Positions 39,445-49,462 of a DNA stretch of 64,000 nucleotides are shown piece after piece. The translations under genes were made by a program, and so were the position numbers. The DNA comes from an uncultured Gemmatimonadaceae bacterium (lineage in GTDB: Bacteria > Gemmatimonadota > Gemmatimonadetes > Gemmatimonadales > Gemmatimonadaceae). The notes below the pieces were generated by a model that saw nothing but the letters and a program-made list of their open reading frames with translations, did no database searches and was not told the DNA's origin. The stretch lies in the NCBI GenBank assembly GCA_963790305.1, contig CAWBOC010000005.1, positions 416,001-480,000 on the forward strand, read 5' to 3'. Numbering within the stretch: position 1 is the stretch's first letter; every line of letters starts with the position of its first letter.

Positions 39445-40635
39445 GTGAGCCGTGAGGCAATGGTTCCCGCTCCGCTCGTCGAGGATTGCGTCGAGGTTCA
39501 CCTCGCGCGACATGCCCCGACTGGTCGCGCGCTGTACCTGACGATCCTGGCGACGACAACCGCCGCGGCCATGGCCATGCCCATCGTACAGGTGCCGGTG
39601 ACGGTGCAGGCCAACGGCGTGATCCGTCCGGTCATTGAGCGCCAGGATGCCCGGGTCGCAGAAAGCGGCATCGTTCACATCGTATACGCGCGCGACGGCG
39701 ACAGGGTTCGGGCCGGCGACACCCTGATCGCGCTCAATGCCCGCACCGTCAGGATTCGCCTCGCCGCGTCCGATGCAATCGCGCACGCGCGGGAAACCGA
39801 GCTCGCTGATCTCGAGCAGCTCCTCAATGCGGGAGATTCACTCGTCTCGTGGCAGAGCCTCGCGACGCCGCACCGCCGACAGCAGTCTCGTGAGCATGCG
39901 GCGATCATGACGGAGCTCGAGGCTCGAGCGAGGGCGGAGGGCCGGGAAGCCGACCGCTTGCGTACACTCCTGGTCGGGGGCTTCGTCGCGCCCGAGCAGC
40001 TCGAGAGACAGGATGCGGCTCGCCGCACCGCACAGGCAGCGGTGCGCGAGCACGTCGAGCGGATGCGGTCGAACTGGTCTGACGCACGCGCCCGAATCGC
40101 CAATGATCTCCGCCGCCTCGACAGCGAGCGCGCCAATGCGGGAGAAGCGCTCGCGCGGCGTGTCGTAATCGCCCCGGTCGATGGAACGCTCGAAATGGCT
40201 GCCTCTCTCTCGCCAGGGAGCGTGCTGCAGCAGGGCGAGCGCGTCGCCACCATCTCGCCGAACACCGATCTGGTTGGCGAAGCGCTACTGACGGCGCGCG
40301 ACATTGCGCTCGTGCGACGCGGGACTCCAGTGCGCCTCATGATCGACGCACTCAACTACCGTGACTGGGGCGTGGTGGACGCGACGGTGATCGATGTCGC
40401 CGACGACGCGTCTCTGAGCGCCGAGCAGCCTGTGTTTCGGGTGCGCTGCCAGCTTTCGCGCCATGACTTGCGCCTTCGCGACGGACACCGCGTCGCCCTG
40501 GGCAAGGGACTCACATTTCGCGCGCGATTCGTCATCGCCGAGCGCTCATTGTTACAGCTGCTGTTCGATGATGTCGATGACTGGCTGAATCCAGCGCGGG
40601 GCCGGCCGGTCCCGGCGGCAACCGTTAGGCTGTGA
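39445..40635 (+). CDS. HlyD-family membrane fusion protein
   Basis: TM, ANGVIRP, GDRVRAGDTL lipoyl half, coiled coil, IAPVDG, IDALNYRDWG, GLTFRARF. Confidence 0.92.
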   Translation: MSREAMVPAPLVEDCVEVHLARHAPTGRALYLTILATTTAAAMAMPIVQVPVTVQANGVIRPVIERQDARVAESGIVHIVYARDGDRVRAGDTLIALNARTVRIRLAASDAIAHARETELADLEQLLNAGDSLVSWQSLATPHRRQQSREHAAIMTELEARARAEGREADRLRTLLVGGFVAPEQLERQDAARRTAQAAVREHVERMRSNWSDARARIANDLRRLDSERANAGEALARRVVIAPVDGTLEMAASLSPGSVLQQGERVATISPNTDLVGEALLTARDIALVRRGTPVRLMIDALNYRDWGVVDATVIDVADDASLSAEQPVFRVRCQLSRHDLRLRDGHRVALGKGLTFRARFVIAERSLLQLLFDDVDDWLNPARGRPVPAATVRL

Positions 40636-42800
40636 GGCTGCGCCGATCGGTTCCGCCGGTGCGCCAGCGCGACAGCTCTGACTGCGGCGCCGCCTGTCTC
40701 GTGAGCATTGCCGGATGGTATCGGCTGCGTCTCCCGATCGCGCGCGTACGACAGCTCACACATACCGACCGGCGTGGGACCACGGCGCTCGGCCTCGTGG
40801 AAGCCGCGACGAGACTGGGGTTCCAGGCCAAGGGCGTACGCGCGACACGAGAGGCGCTCGGGGCACTTCCGCTCCCGGCGATCGCCCACGTGACCCGCGG
40901 TCACCTGCAGCATTGGGTGGTCCTCTCGCGTCTCGAGGCGAGGCATATGGAGATCATGGACCCGGCCTCGGGAGCACGCGAGCGCGTCAGTCGGGAGTCC
41001 TTCGAGCGTGAATGGTCGGGAGCGATGGTGCTGCTCGCGCCTGCGAGTCGATTCGCTGCCGGGGACCAGCGAACCTCGATCGTTCGCCGCTTTATCGCTC
41101 TCATCGCGCCGCATCGAGCCATCCTCACCATGGCCCTCGTGGGCGCAGTGATCCACACCGCGCTCGGGCTGACGACGACCGTCTACGTGCAGCAGTTGGT
41201 GGATCACGTTCTCGTCGACGGCAATCGAAACCTGCTCAACCTGATGAGCGTCGCCGTGCTGACCCTGATTGCCGCGCAGACGCTCGTGGGCGGCATGAAG
41301 GGTCTCCTTGTTCTCCATATCGGCCAGCGGATCGACGCGACGCTCATCCTTGGATATTACAGACACCTGTTGAGCCTGCCGCAGCGTTTTTTCGACACAA
41401 TGCGGATTGGAGAGATCACCTCTCGCGTCGGCGATGCGGTCAGGATTCGCGCGCTCATCAACGACATTGCCGTCGAGCTCATCGTCAGCACGCTGGTGAT
41501 CGCGCTGTCACTCGTCCTGCTATTCCTGTACAGCGCGACGCTCGGTCTGCTGGTTCTGGGAACCTTTCCGATCTACGTTGCCATTTGGGCGCTGGCGAAC
41601 ACGCGGAACCGACACGCGTCGCGCGCGCTCATGGAGCGGAGCGCGGAGCTCCAGTCACAGATCGTGGAGTCGGTCTCCATGATCGGAACGATCAAGCGCT
41701 TTGGGCTGGAGACGGACATGGAGCTGCGCACGGAGGTTCGCTTCGTCCGACTTCTCCGGGCCGTGTTCCGGTCGGCGGGAACCGCTCTCATGACAAGCAC
41801 AGCGACCGGCGCGGTGTCACGGCTGGCAGTCGTCGCCGTGCTCTGGACAGGGTCAGTCCTCGTGATCGAGCGCCGGCTAACACCCGGCGAGCTCATGTCT
41901 TCCTATGCGCTGCTCGGATACCTGACCGGTCCACTACTGACGTTGATCACCGCAAACCGAAGCATTCAGAATGCGCTCATCGCCGCGGATCGCCTGTTCG
42001 AGATCCTTGACCTGGAACAGGATCGCGTCACCGCGCATGCAACGATGGATGTGACCATCGGTGGCGACATCGACTTCGAGCACGTGAGCTTCCGCTACGG
42101 GGCGCGCGCACCGGCGCTCCGAAATGTGACACTACGATTTCGTCGTGGTGCCATCACGGCGGTCGTCGGCGACAGTGGTTCCGGGAAGAGCACGATCGCC
42201 GCACTCGCGCAGCGCGTGTATGTGGCGGACGACGGCCGCGTTCGCATCGGGGGCATCGACGTTCGACACCTGAGCAGCGAATCGATACGCGCGCTGGTCT
42301 GTACGGTGCCACAGCGCATCGATCTCCTCGCGGGGTCGATTGTCGAGAACATTGCCCTTGGTGATTCAGAGCCCGACATGAGACGCGTCCTCGAGGCAGC
42401 GCGGGCCGCAGGAATCGTCGACATGATCGATCGCCTTCCGGCGGGAGTCGACACCGAGCTGGGCGAAAATGGCGCCACGCTGTCAGGGGGCGAGCGTCAG
42501 CGCCTCGCGATCGCGCGCGCTCTGTACCGGGATTCGGAGATTCTCATTCTCGACGAGGCGACATCATCGCTCGATGGCCCGTCGGTGCAGCGGGTTCGTC
42601 AGCTCACCGAGGAGCGTCGCGCTCGCGGGCGGACGGTGATCGTGATCGCGCACAGCCCCGATCTCGTGATCGGCGCGGATCACATCGTCGTCATGCGAGA
42701 CGGGATCGTCGTCGAGGAGGGGACGCACGCCGACCTCATCAGCCGGCGTGGCGCCTATCATGCGTTATGGGAAGGCCGAAGCCTTGGGCGTGTGGCGTAA
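40632..42800 (+). CDS. Peptidase C39-containing ABC transporter (PCAT)
   Basis: QRDSSDCGAAC, HWVV, MDPA catalytic residues; TM domain; GDSGSGKST, LSGGERQR, ILILDE, IAH. Confidence 0.96.
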   Translation: MRLRRSVPPVRQRDSSDCGAACLVSIAGWYRLRLPIARVRQLTHTDRRGTTALGLVEAATRLGFQAKGVRATREALGALPLPAIAHVTRGHLQHWVVLSRLEARHMEIMDPASGARERVSRESFEREWSGAMVLLAPASRFAAGDQRTSIVRRFIALIAPHRAILTMALVGAVIHTALGLTTTVYVQQLVDHVLVDGNRNLLNLMSVAVLTLIAAQTLVGGMKGLLVLHIGQRIDATLILGYYRHLLSLPQRFFDTMRIGEITSRVGDAVRIRALINDIAVELIVSTLVIALSLVLLFLYSATLGLLVLGTFPIYVAIWALANTRNRHASRALMERSAELQSQIVESVSMIGTIKRFGLETDMELRTEVRFVRLLRAVFRSAGTALMTSTATGAVSRLAVVAVLWTGSVLVIERRLTPGELMSSYALLGYLTGPLLTLITANRSIQNALIAADRLFEILDLEQDRVTAHATMDVTIGGDIDFEHVSFRYGARAPALRNVTLRFRRGAITAVVGDSGSGKSTIAALAQRVYVADDGRVRIGGIDVRHLSSESIRALVCTVPQRIDLLAGSIVENIALGDSEPDMRRVLEAARAAGIVDMIDRLPAGVDTELGENGATLSGGERQRLAIARALYRDSEILILDEATSSLDGPSVQRVRQLTEERRARGRTVIVIAHSPDLVIGADHIVVMRDGIVVEEGTHADLISRRGAYHALWEGRSLGRVA

Positions 42801-42808
42801 CACCCGCG

Positions 42809-44296
42809 TCAGGGCGTTACCAACCTCAATTCGTTCCCGCGTGTGCTGTCCCACTTCTCGGTGAGCGACGCACGGGCGGCGTCGATTTGCGATCGAACGG
42901 CTCCCGGCCCCGTCCCCCCTTCCGCCTCCCGTCGCTCGACCGATCGCAGCGCCGACAGGGCGTCGAACACATCGCGCTCGAACTCCGAATGCGCCGACGC
43001 GAAGGACTCGAAGGGGAGCGTGTTCAGCTCGCAACGCTTCTCTTCTGCTTCGCGCACCAGCTTCCCGACCGCGGCATGCGCCTCGCGGAACGAGGCGCCC
43101 TTCTCCACGAGATAGTCCGCGAGATCGGTTGCCATCATCGAGCTCCCCAGCGCCGACTTCATTCGCTCCGGGCGAAACGCCAGCTCGGCGAGTGTTCCGG
43201 TGACTGCCGGAAGCACCAGCAGCATGGTGTCGACCGCATCGAACAAGGCTCGCTTGTCGTCCTGCAAATCCTTGTTGTAGCCGGTGGGCAGGCCTTTGAT
43301 GGTGCCGAGAAGGGCGACCAGATCCCCCAGCAGTCGCGCACCCGAGCCGCGCGCGATCTCCAGCGCATCCGGATTGCGCTTCTGCGGCATCATGCTCGAT
43401 CCGGTGGTGAACGAGTCGCCGAACTGCACGAACCCGAACTCGCTGGACCCGAACAGGATGAGATCTTCGGCCAGGCGCGACAGGTGGGTGGCGAGCATCG
43501 TCGTCGCGAACAGAAGCTCCGCAACGAAGTCACGATCGCTCACCGCATCGATGCTGTTCCGCGACAGGCCGGCGAACCCGAGGCTTCCCTGAAGCAGCAC
43601 GCGGGAAATCGGGAATGCGCAGCCCGCGATGGCGCCAGAGCCTAACGGCAGGACGCCAGCGGCGCGCGATGCGCCCTCGATTCGGGCGCGGTCGCGATCG
43701 AGCGGCCAAAAGTGCGAGAGCATCCAATGGGAAGCGAGCACTGGCTGTGCGCGCTGCAAGTGCGTGTACGACGGCATGAGCGTCGCACCCAGCTCGACCG
43801 CCCGGTCGAGCATCGTACGCTGCAGGGCACGCACGGCCGCGTCCAGCGTCGTACACGCCTCCATCGCCCACAGGCGCGTGGCGGTCGCCACCTGATCGTT
43901 GCGCGACCGCCCGGTATGAAGCTTGGACGCGATGTCCCCGATCTCTTCGTGCAGAAGGCGATCGATGAGCGTGTGCACGTCCTCGTCGGACGCGATCGGA
44001 GACTCGCCGGCGCCGAGGCGTTCGGCGACAGCGTCGAGTCCGTGCTCGATGGCCGTACTCTCTTCCAGGGTGAGGACGCCTGCATGCCAGAGCGCCACCG
44101 CCCAGGCCTTGGAAAGCTTCACGTCGAACGGCCAGAGACGGAGATCGGTCCCGATCGACCGGTTCAGAGCATCGAGCTCCGGTGCCGGGCCGGTCGCGAA
44201 GCGGCCACCCCACAACCGATGTGTGCCGCGGGCGGTGCGCTGCGCGGCTGTGTCGTCCGCGCCGGTATCGGGCTCGACTACGAGGTTGGGAATCAT
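42809..44296 (-). CDS. argH: Argininosuccinate lyase
   Basis: LWGGRF, LHTGRSRNDQ, YTHLQRAQP, GSSMMPQKRNPD, YNKDLQ. Confidence 0.98.
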   Translation of the reverse strand: MIPNLVVEPDTGADDTAAQRTARGTHRLWGGRFATGPAPELDALNRSIGTDLRLWPFDVKLSKAWAVALWHAGVLTLEESTAIEHGLDAVAERLGAGESPIASDEDVHTLIDRLLHEEIGDIASKLHTGRSRNDQVATATRLWAMEACTTLDAAVRALQRTMLDRAVELGATLMPSYTHLQRAQPVLASHWMLSHFWPLDRDRARIEGASRAAGVLPLGSGAIAGCAFPISRVLLQGSLGFAGLSRNSIDAVSDRDFVAELLFATTMLATHLSRLAEDLILFGSSEFGFVQFGDSFTTGSSMMPQKRNPDALEIARGSGARLLGDLVALLGTIKGLPTGYNKDLQDDKRALFDAVDTMLLVLPAVTGTLAELAFRPERMKSALGSSMMATDLADYLVEKGASFREAHAAVGKLVREAEEKRCELNTLPFESFASAHSEFERDVFDALSALRSVERREAEGGTGPGAVRSQIDAARASLTEKWDSTRGNELRLVTP

Positions 44297-44303
44297 CTCA
44301 GCC

Positions 44304-45566
44304 TCACGCGATCGCGAGAGAGGGTTCAGGCTCCGCTTCCTGCTTCTCCGTGGACTCCTCGACTGCGTCGCGAGCTTCGGCGTCCTTGAGCGCGCGGACA
44401 CGCGCGGGAAGGGCGAACAGGCGAATGAAGCCGCCCGCGTCTGCCTGTTCGTACACGTCGTCCTCGCCGAACGTCACGAAGCGCTCGTCATAGAGCGCGT
44501 GGTCACTCGCGCGACCAGCGATGATCACATTGCCCTTGTAGAGGCGCAGTGTGACGGTCCCGGTCACGCGTTCCTGCGTCACCGATACGAACGCATCATA
44601 GGCTTCGCGCTCGGTGGTCCACCACCGCCCCTCATAGACGAGGTCGGCGTATCGTGGCGCGATGAGATCCTTGGCGGCAAGCGTTCGGCGATCGAGGACC
44701 AGCTGCTCGAGCTCCGAATGCGCCGCGTAGAGGAGCGTCCCGCCAGGCGTCTCGTAAATACCGCGAGACTTCATGCCGACCAGTCGATCCTCCACGAGGT
44801 CAATGCGTCCAACGCCATGACGGCCGCCGATCGTGTTGAGCGTTGACACCAGCGTCACGGGATCCAGGCGCTCGCCATTCACCGCGACCGGGGTTCCGCG
44901 CTCGAACTCTATCGTTACGTCCTCGTGCTCATCAGGCGCCTCGGCCGGCGAGGTACTGAGCATGAACAGATCGTCGGGCGGAACGGCCGAAGGATCCTCG
45001 AGCATCCCGCCCTCGTGCGAGATGTGCCACAGGTTACTGTCACGCGAGTAGATCTTCTGCGCGGTGGCCGCGACCGGGATGTTGCGCTTCGCGGCATACG
45101 CGAGCGCATCCTCGCGGCTCCGAATATCCCAGACGCGCCATGGCGCGATGACCGGAAGCTCGGGGGCGAACGTCGCGTAGGTGAGCTCGAAGCGCACCTG
45201 GTCATTCCCCTTGCCGGTGCATCCATGTGCGAGCGCATCTGCCCCGATGGCCTTGGCAACCTCGCACTGGCGGCGCGCGATCAACGGGCGCGCGATGGAC
45301 GTGCCGAGGAGGTATTTCCGTCCGTAGATGGCCCCGGCGCGAAGCATGGGCCACAGGAAGTCCTCGACGAACTCCTGTCGAAGATCCTCCACGTAGCACT
45401 CGTCGGCGCCGGAGGCGAGCGCCTTGGCGCGGACGCCTTCGAGCTCGTTCCCCTGGCCGATGTCGGCCGCGACGCAAACGACCCGGGCCTCGTAATGCTC
45501 CTTGAGCCAGGGAACGATGATCGACGTGTCGAGTCCGCCGGAGTAGGCGAGGACGATAGTGCGCAT
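44304..45566 (-). CDS. argG: Argininosuccinate synthase
   Basis: [37 protein letters not shown]. Confidence 0.98.
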   Translation of the reverse strand: MRTIVLAYSGGLDTSIIVPWLKEHYEARVVCVAADIGQGNELEGVRAKALASGADECYVEDLRQEFVEDFLWPMLRAGAIYGRKYLLGTSIARPLIARRQCEVAKAIGADALAHGCTGKGNDQVRFELTYATFAPELPVIAPWRVWDIRSREDALAYAAKRNIPVAATAQKIYSRDSNLWHISHEGGMLEDPSAVPPDDLFMLSTSPAEAPDEHEDVTIEFERGTPVAVNGERLDPVTLVSTLNTIGGRHGVGRIDLVEDRLVGMKSRGIYETPGGTLLYAAHSELEQLVLDRRTLAAKDLIAPRYADLVYEGRWWTTEREAYDAFVSVTQERVTGTVTLRLYKGNVIIAGRASDHALYDERFVTFGEDDVYEQADAGGFIRLFALPARVRALKDAEARDAVEESTEKQEAEPEPSLAIA

Positions 45567-45577
45567 TGGCAGCCCCA

Positions 45578-45632
45578 ATTGAGAGAATATGCAGTGCGGA
45601 TGCATAATCTCTCGTTTACGCCCGATTGTCAA
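45578..45632 (-). promoter_or_regulatory. argG promoter with tandem ARG boxes
   Basis: 18-bp boxes 45578-45595 (ATTGAGAGAATATGCAGT) and 45599-45616 (GATGCATAATCTCTCGTT), 3 bp apart. Minus-strand TTGACA (45632-45627), 17 nt, GATTAT. Confidence 0.75.
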
Positions 45633-45676
45633 GTGAAAGGGTCACCTTCCGCGAGGCCCCTGGCGGAGGCAGTCGG

Positions 45677-46138
45677 CTACCGCCCCGCCAACGTTCGGAT
45701 TCGCCGAACCAGGCGCTCGCGGGCGGCTGTCGAGCGGCAGATCAGCAGGATGGTGTCGTCACCGGCGAGCGTGCCGAGGATGTCCGGCCACGCCTCGGCG
45801 TCGATGGCGCGTGCGATCGGCTGAGCGCCGCCCGGGACGGTGCGGATCACGACCATCTCGCCGACGCCGTCGACGGTGTTGAACAGCGGTGGAAGGACCG
45901 CCTCGAGGACCGGGTTTCCATCACTGGCGGAGGCGCCGCCCGCGGCCAGGGTGTAGCGCGCGCCCTCGGGCGTCGATACCCTCGCAACCCCGAGCTCCCG
46001 CAGGTCTCGAGAGAGCGTTGCCTGCGTCACATCCCATCCGCGCTGCCGGAGCATCTTGCGGAGCTCCTCCTGACTGCCGACCTCACGTGCCTCGATGAGC
46101 TCGCGGATGGTCGCCTGGCGCACGCGCTTGTTGGCCAT
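45677..46138 (-). CDS. argR: Arginine repressor
   Basis: SQEEL, VTQATLSRDLRELG, RTVPGGAQ, GTLAGDDTILLI. Confidence 0.97.
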   Translation of the reverse strand: MANKRVRQATIRELIEAREVGSQEELRKMLRQRGWDVTQATLSRDLRELGVARVSTPEGARYTLAAGGASASDGNPVLEAVLPPLFNTVDGVGEMVVIRTVPGGAQPIARAIDAEAWPDILGTLAGDDTILLICRSTAARERLVRRIRTLAGR

Positions 46139-46222
46139 GCCGATAAAGTGGTGGCTCCGTGGCGGTGGGTCGAGGGTCACCGGCGACATCGCGCATCTTT
46201 TTCAGGAAGCGTCCCGAAGGTC

Positions 46223-46274
46223 TTGACCACGCCGTCTTGCATGTATATTCATTCCCTGTGCATAAACTTCCCGT
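46223..46274 (+). promoter_or_regulatory. argC promoter with tandem ARG boxes
   Basis: Boxes CTTGCATGTATATTCATT (46236-46253) and TGTGCATAAACTTCCCGT (46257-46274), 3 bp apart; TTGACC at 46223, TATATT at 46244. Confidence 0.75.
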
Positions 46275-47337
46275 TGGGGTGCTCGGCGCGTCTGGCTATG
46301 CCGGCCGTGAGCTGTGCGCCCTCATCGCGCAACACCCCGCGCTCGACCTCCATTTCGCGACCGCCAACGAGCGAAAGGGAGAACGTGCGCGCCTGGGTGG
46401 CCAGGAGGTGCGATTCGTCGCGCACGATGATGCGCATCTGGAAAAGTGCGCTCTGGTTTTCAGCGCGTTGCCGCACGGTGCGTCGGCTCCCTGGGTTCGA
46501 CGCGCCCGAGAGGCGGGAGCCAAGGTGGTCGATCTCTCTGCCGATCTGAGACCCGGGTCGACCACGAAGGAAGGCGCACGGGGAGTCACGAATGTGGTGG
46601 CTGCATCCGCGCACGGGGCAGCTGCGGAGGGACGTGCTCCGGGCGTTGCGACAGCCGCGCATCCGCAGGTATTGGCGGGGGCATCGTCGACCGTTCCGTA
46701 CGGTCTCACCGAGCTCAATAGGGCCGCCATCACCACGGCCGACCTCGTCGCCAATCCGGGGTGTTATCCCACGGCGATCCTGATCGCCCTCGCCCCGCTT
46801 GCCGAACGACAGCTCATCGCTCCGGGCGCCACGGTGACTGCGAGTGCCGCCAGCGGAGTCACCGGGGCGGGCTTCACTCCGCGCGCCGATCTTCTTTTCG
46901 GTGAGGTGACGGAAGACTTCCGTCCGTACGCGGCGGGGAACGAGCATCGTCACCTCCCCGAGATGACGGCAACGCTCGCGCGATGGGGCGCGGATTGCGA
47001 TCTGATCTTTGCGCCGCATCTGCTTCCAGTGGCACGCGGCATTCTTGCCACATTGTCGATCCCGCTCACCGCGCCCTTGCCCACGCCGAACTCGCTGTGG
47101 CGTGAGCGATTTGCCGGGGAACCGTTCATCGAGATCGCCGATGAGCTTCCTGCCTTGCGAGATGTGGTGCGGCGCAACGTCGTTCGCATCTGCGCGACCA
47201 CCACCGCAAACGTCCGCACACCAACGCTCGTGGTTTACGCGGCGATCGATAATCTGGTGAAAGGCGCGGCTGGCCAGGCGCTGCAGAACGCGAACCTCAT
47301 GCTCGGCCTTCCCGAGCAGCAAGGACTGCCCTCGTGA
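46258..47337 (+). CDS. argC: N-acetyl-gamma-glutamyl-phosphate reductase
   Basis: VGVLGASGYAG, ALPHG, DLSADLR, VANPGCYPT, SGVTGAG, HRHLPE, IDNLVKGAAGQA. Confidence 0.96.
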   Translation: MHKLPVGVLGASGYAGRELCALIAQHPALDLHFATANERKGERARLGGQEVRFVAHDDAHLEKCALVFSALPHGASAPWVRRAREAGAKVVDLSADLRPGSTTKEGARGVTNVVAASAHGAAAEGRAPGVATAAHPQVLAGASSTVPYGLTELNRAAITTADLVANPGCYPTAILIALAPLAERQLIAPGATVTASAASGVTGAGFTPRADLLFGEVTEDFRPYAAGNEHRHLPEMTATLARWGADCDLIFAPHLLPVARGILATLSIPLTAPLPTPNSLWRERFAGEPFIEIADELPALRDVVRRNVVRICATTTANVRTPTLVVYAAIDNLVKGAAGQALQNANLMLGLPEQQGLPS

Positions 47338-48119
47338 TCCGCCTGGTGAAGATCGGTGGGCGCGCGCAGCAGTCGGCCTCGCTCATCCCTGCCCTCGCCT
47401 CGGCGTGGCGCGCCACTCCTGGCGCGCTCGTCGTCGTGCACGGCGGCGGCGACGAAGTGACGGCACTCCAGCGCACGCTGGGACGCGATCCTCAGTTCGT
47501 CGATGGACGCCGGGTAACGACCGATGACGACATCGCGATCCTCCGCATGACCCTGTCCGGGGTCGTCAACAAGCGGCTCGTGGCCGCGCTTGTCGCGGAC
47601 GGAATTCCGGCAGTCGGCATCTCAGGCGAGGATGCGGCGGTATTGTCGGCTGAGCCTATCAATGCGGCGACCATGGGTCGCGCGGGAGAGCCCGCGCATG
47701 CGAACGTGCACCTCGTGCGGCATCTCCTCCAGGGCGGGTTCCTGCCGGTGATCTCACCTCTCGCCCGAGACGCACGCTCGGATTCCGGCGACGCGCTCAA
47801 CGTCAACGGGGACGATGCGGCGGCTGCCATCGCAGGAGCGCTGGGGGTTGGGGAGCTGCTCTTCATCGCCGACGTGCCCGGAGTCCTCGAGGGCGGCAAC
47901 GTCATTCCTACGCTCGATTCCGAGCGCAGGCGCGCACTCATCGCCGCTGGCACCGTCACTGCCGGGATGATTGCGAAGCTCGAGGCCTCGCATCGTGCAC
48001 TCGCGGCTGGAGTGCCCCAGGTGCGCATTGGCGATCTCGACGCGATCGCGGACGCTGGCCGGGGAACTCGAATCGTGACCGCGTCCGTGCCGCAGACCTT
48101 CACTTCGGTACTCGCATGA
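47334..48119 (+). CDS. argB: Acetylglutamate kinase
   Basis: VKIGG, VHGGG, GRRVT, LNVNGD, GMIAKL. Confidence 0.95.
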   Translation: MIRLVKIGGRAQQSASLIPALASAWRATPGALVVVHGGGDEVTALQRTLGRDPQFVDGRRVTTDDDIAILRMTLSGVVNKRLVAALVADGIPAVGISGEDAAVLSAEPINAATMGRAGEPAHANVHLVRHLLQGGFLPVISPLARDARSDSGDALNVNGDDAAAAIAGALGVGELLFIADVPGVLEGGNVIPTLDSERRRALIAAGTVTAGMIAKLEASHRALAAGVPQVRIGDLDAIADAGRGTRIVTASVPQTFTSVLA

Positions 48120-49309
48120 CCGCTACCGTTCAACTCGCGGCCCCGCCGCACGAGGAAGCCTTGCTCCCCGTCTATCGCCGAGTCCCGCTCGAGATTGTGC
48201 GCGGCGAAGGGGTATACGTCTATGACCCCGATGGGCGTGCCTATCTTGATTTCGTCAGCGGCATCGCCGTCAACGCACTCGGGTATGGCGACGACGGCAT
48301 TCGCGCCGCCATCGAAAGCGCCCTCTCGTCAGGCGTGCTGCACGCGTCGAACCTGTATCACACGGCGCCGGCGCGCGCGCTGGCCACGGCTCTCGCGGAG
48401 CGGTCCTTCGCCGCGAAAGTCTTTTTCTGCAACTCGGGGGCGGAAGCCAACGAGGGTGCGTTCAAGTTCGCGCGGCGCTGGGCGCTCAGCCACGGCGGCC
48501 CAGGGAAGCACGAGATCCTCGCCCTTCGGGGCAGCTTTCACGGCCGCCTCTTCGCATTGCTTGCGGCGACGGATCGACCGTCGTACCGCGCACCGTTCCG
48601 TCCGCTCGCTGGCGGCGTCGGGATCGTCGAGCGGGATGTGAGCGCTCTCGACATCGCGCTCAATTCCGAGACGGTGGCCGCGCTGATCGTCGAGCCGGTG
48701 CAAGGCGAGGGTGGTGTGCGCGTGCTGGACGGCGATTTCATGCGCGCGGTGCGTGAGATGACGCAGACGCGCGGGATCGCGCTCATTCTCGATGAAGTGC
48801 AGTGCGGGCTCGGCCGGACCGGCCACCTGTTCGCCTACGAGCGGTACGGTGTCGAGCCGGATCTCCTTACGCTCGCGAAACCATTGGCTGGAGGACTGCC
48901 GATGGGCGCGGTGCTGCTCAACGAGCAAATCGCGTCAGCCGTTCGGCCCGGTGATCACGCGACGACCTTCGGCGGCGGACCACTGGTCGCGAGCGTCGCG
49001 CTGCACGTGCTCGAGCGCGTGAGCAACGCCGCTTTCCTCGCTGGTGTGCGCGAGCGCGGTCTGTGGCTCGGGCAGCAGCTCCGTGCACTTGCCACCCGCA
49101 CCAGCCGGGTGCGCGCGGTGCGGGGAGTCGGATACATGTGGGGTGTCGATGTGACCGTGCCTGCATCCGAGCTCGTCACCGCGGCGCTCGAGGAGGGTCT
49201 GCTGGTGTGCACGGCAGGCGAGCATACCGTGCGCCTATTGCCGCCGTTGATCGCCACGCGGGACGAATTGGCCCACGGGCTGGGGGTGCTCGAGCGGATT
49301 CTCTCCTAG
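48116..49309 (+). CDS. argD: Acetylornithine aminotransferase
   Basis: SGIAVNALG, NSGAEANE, SFHGR, EPVQGEGG, DEVQCGLGRTG, LAKPLAGG, TTFGG. Confidence 0.95.
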   Translation: MTATVQLAAPPHEEALLPVYRRVPLEIVRGEGVYVYDPDGRAYLDFVSGIAVNALGYGDDGIRAAIESALSSGVLHASNLYHTAPARALATALAERSFAAKVFFCNSGAEANEGAFKFARRWALSHGGPGKHEILALRGSFHGRLFALLAATDRPSYRAPFRPLAGGVGIVERDVSALDIALNSETVAALIVEPVQGEGGVRVLDGDFMRAVREMTQTRGIALILDEVQCGLGRTGHLFAYERYGVEPDLLTLAKPLAGGLPMGAVLLNEQIASAVRPGDHATTFGGGPLVASVALHVLERVSNAAFLAGVRERGLWLGQQLRALATRTSRVRAVRGVGYMWGVDVTVPASELVTAALEEGLLVCTAGEHTVRLLPPLIATRDELAHGLGVLERILS

Positions 49310-49349
49310 CCTGGCGACTGGCCGCGCGGCCGTGACGCCGCGTACCGCG

Positions 49350-49378
49350 TTGAAATCGCGACCGGGTGTATCTATGTT
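49350..49378 (+). promoter_or_regulatory. Putative sigma70 promoter
   Basis: TTGAAA-17 nt-TATGTT; AAGGAG SD before ATG 49463. Confidence 0.65.
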
Positions 49379-49462
49379 GTCGCGCAGCCGGTGTGTGTTC
49401 GGGTCGATGAGGACCAAAGACGCCCCGGTGTGCAGGAATCCCAACGCCTAAGGAGAGTGTCC

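Noticed and set aside
37753..42808. Mobile element or island boundaries around the peptide cluster
   Set aside because: No integrase, transposase, tRNA or flanking direct repeats seen; insertion status remains an inference.
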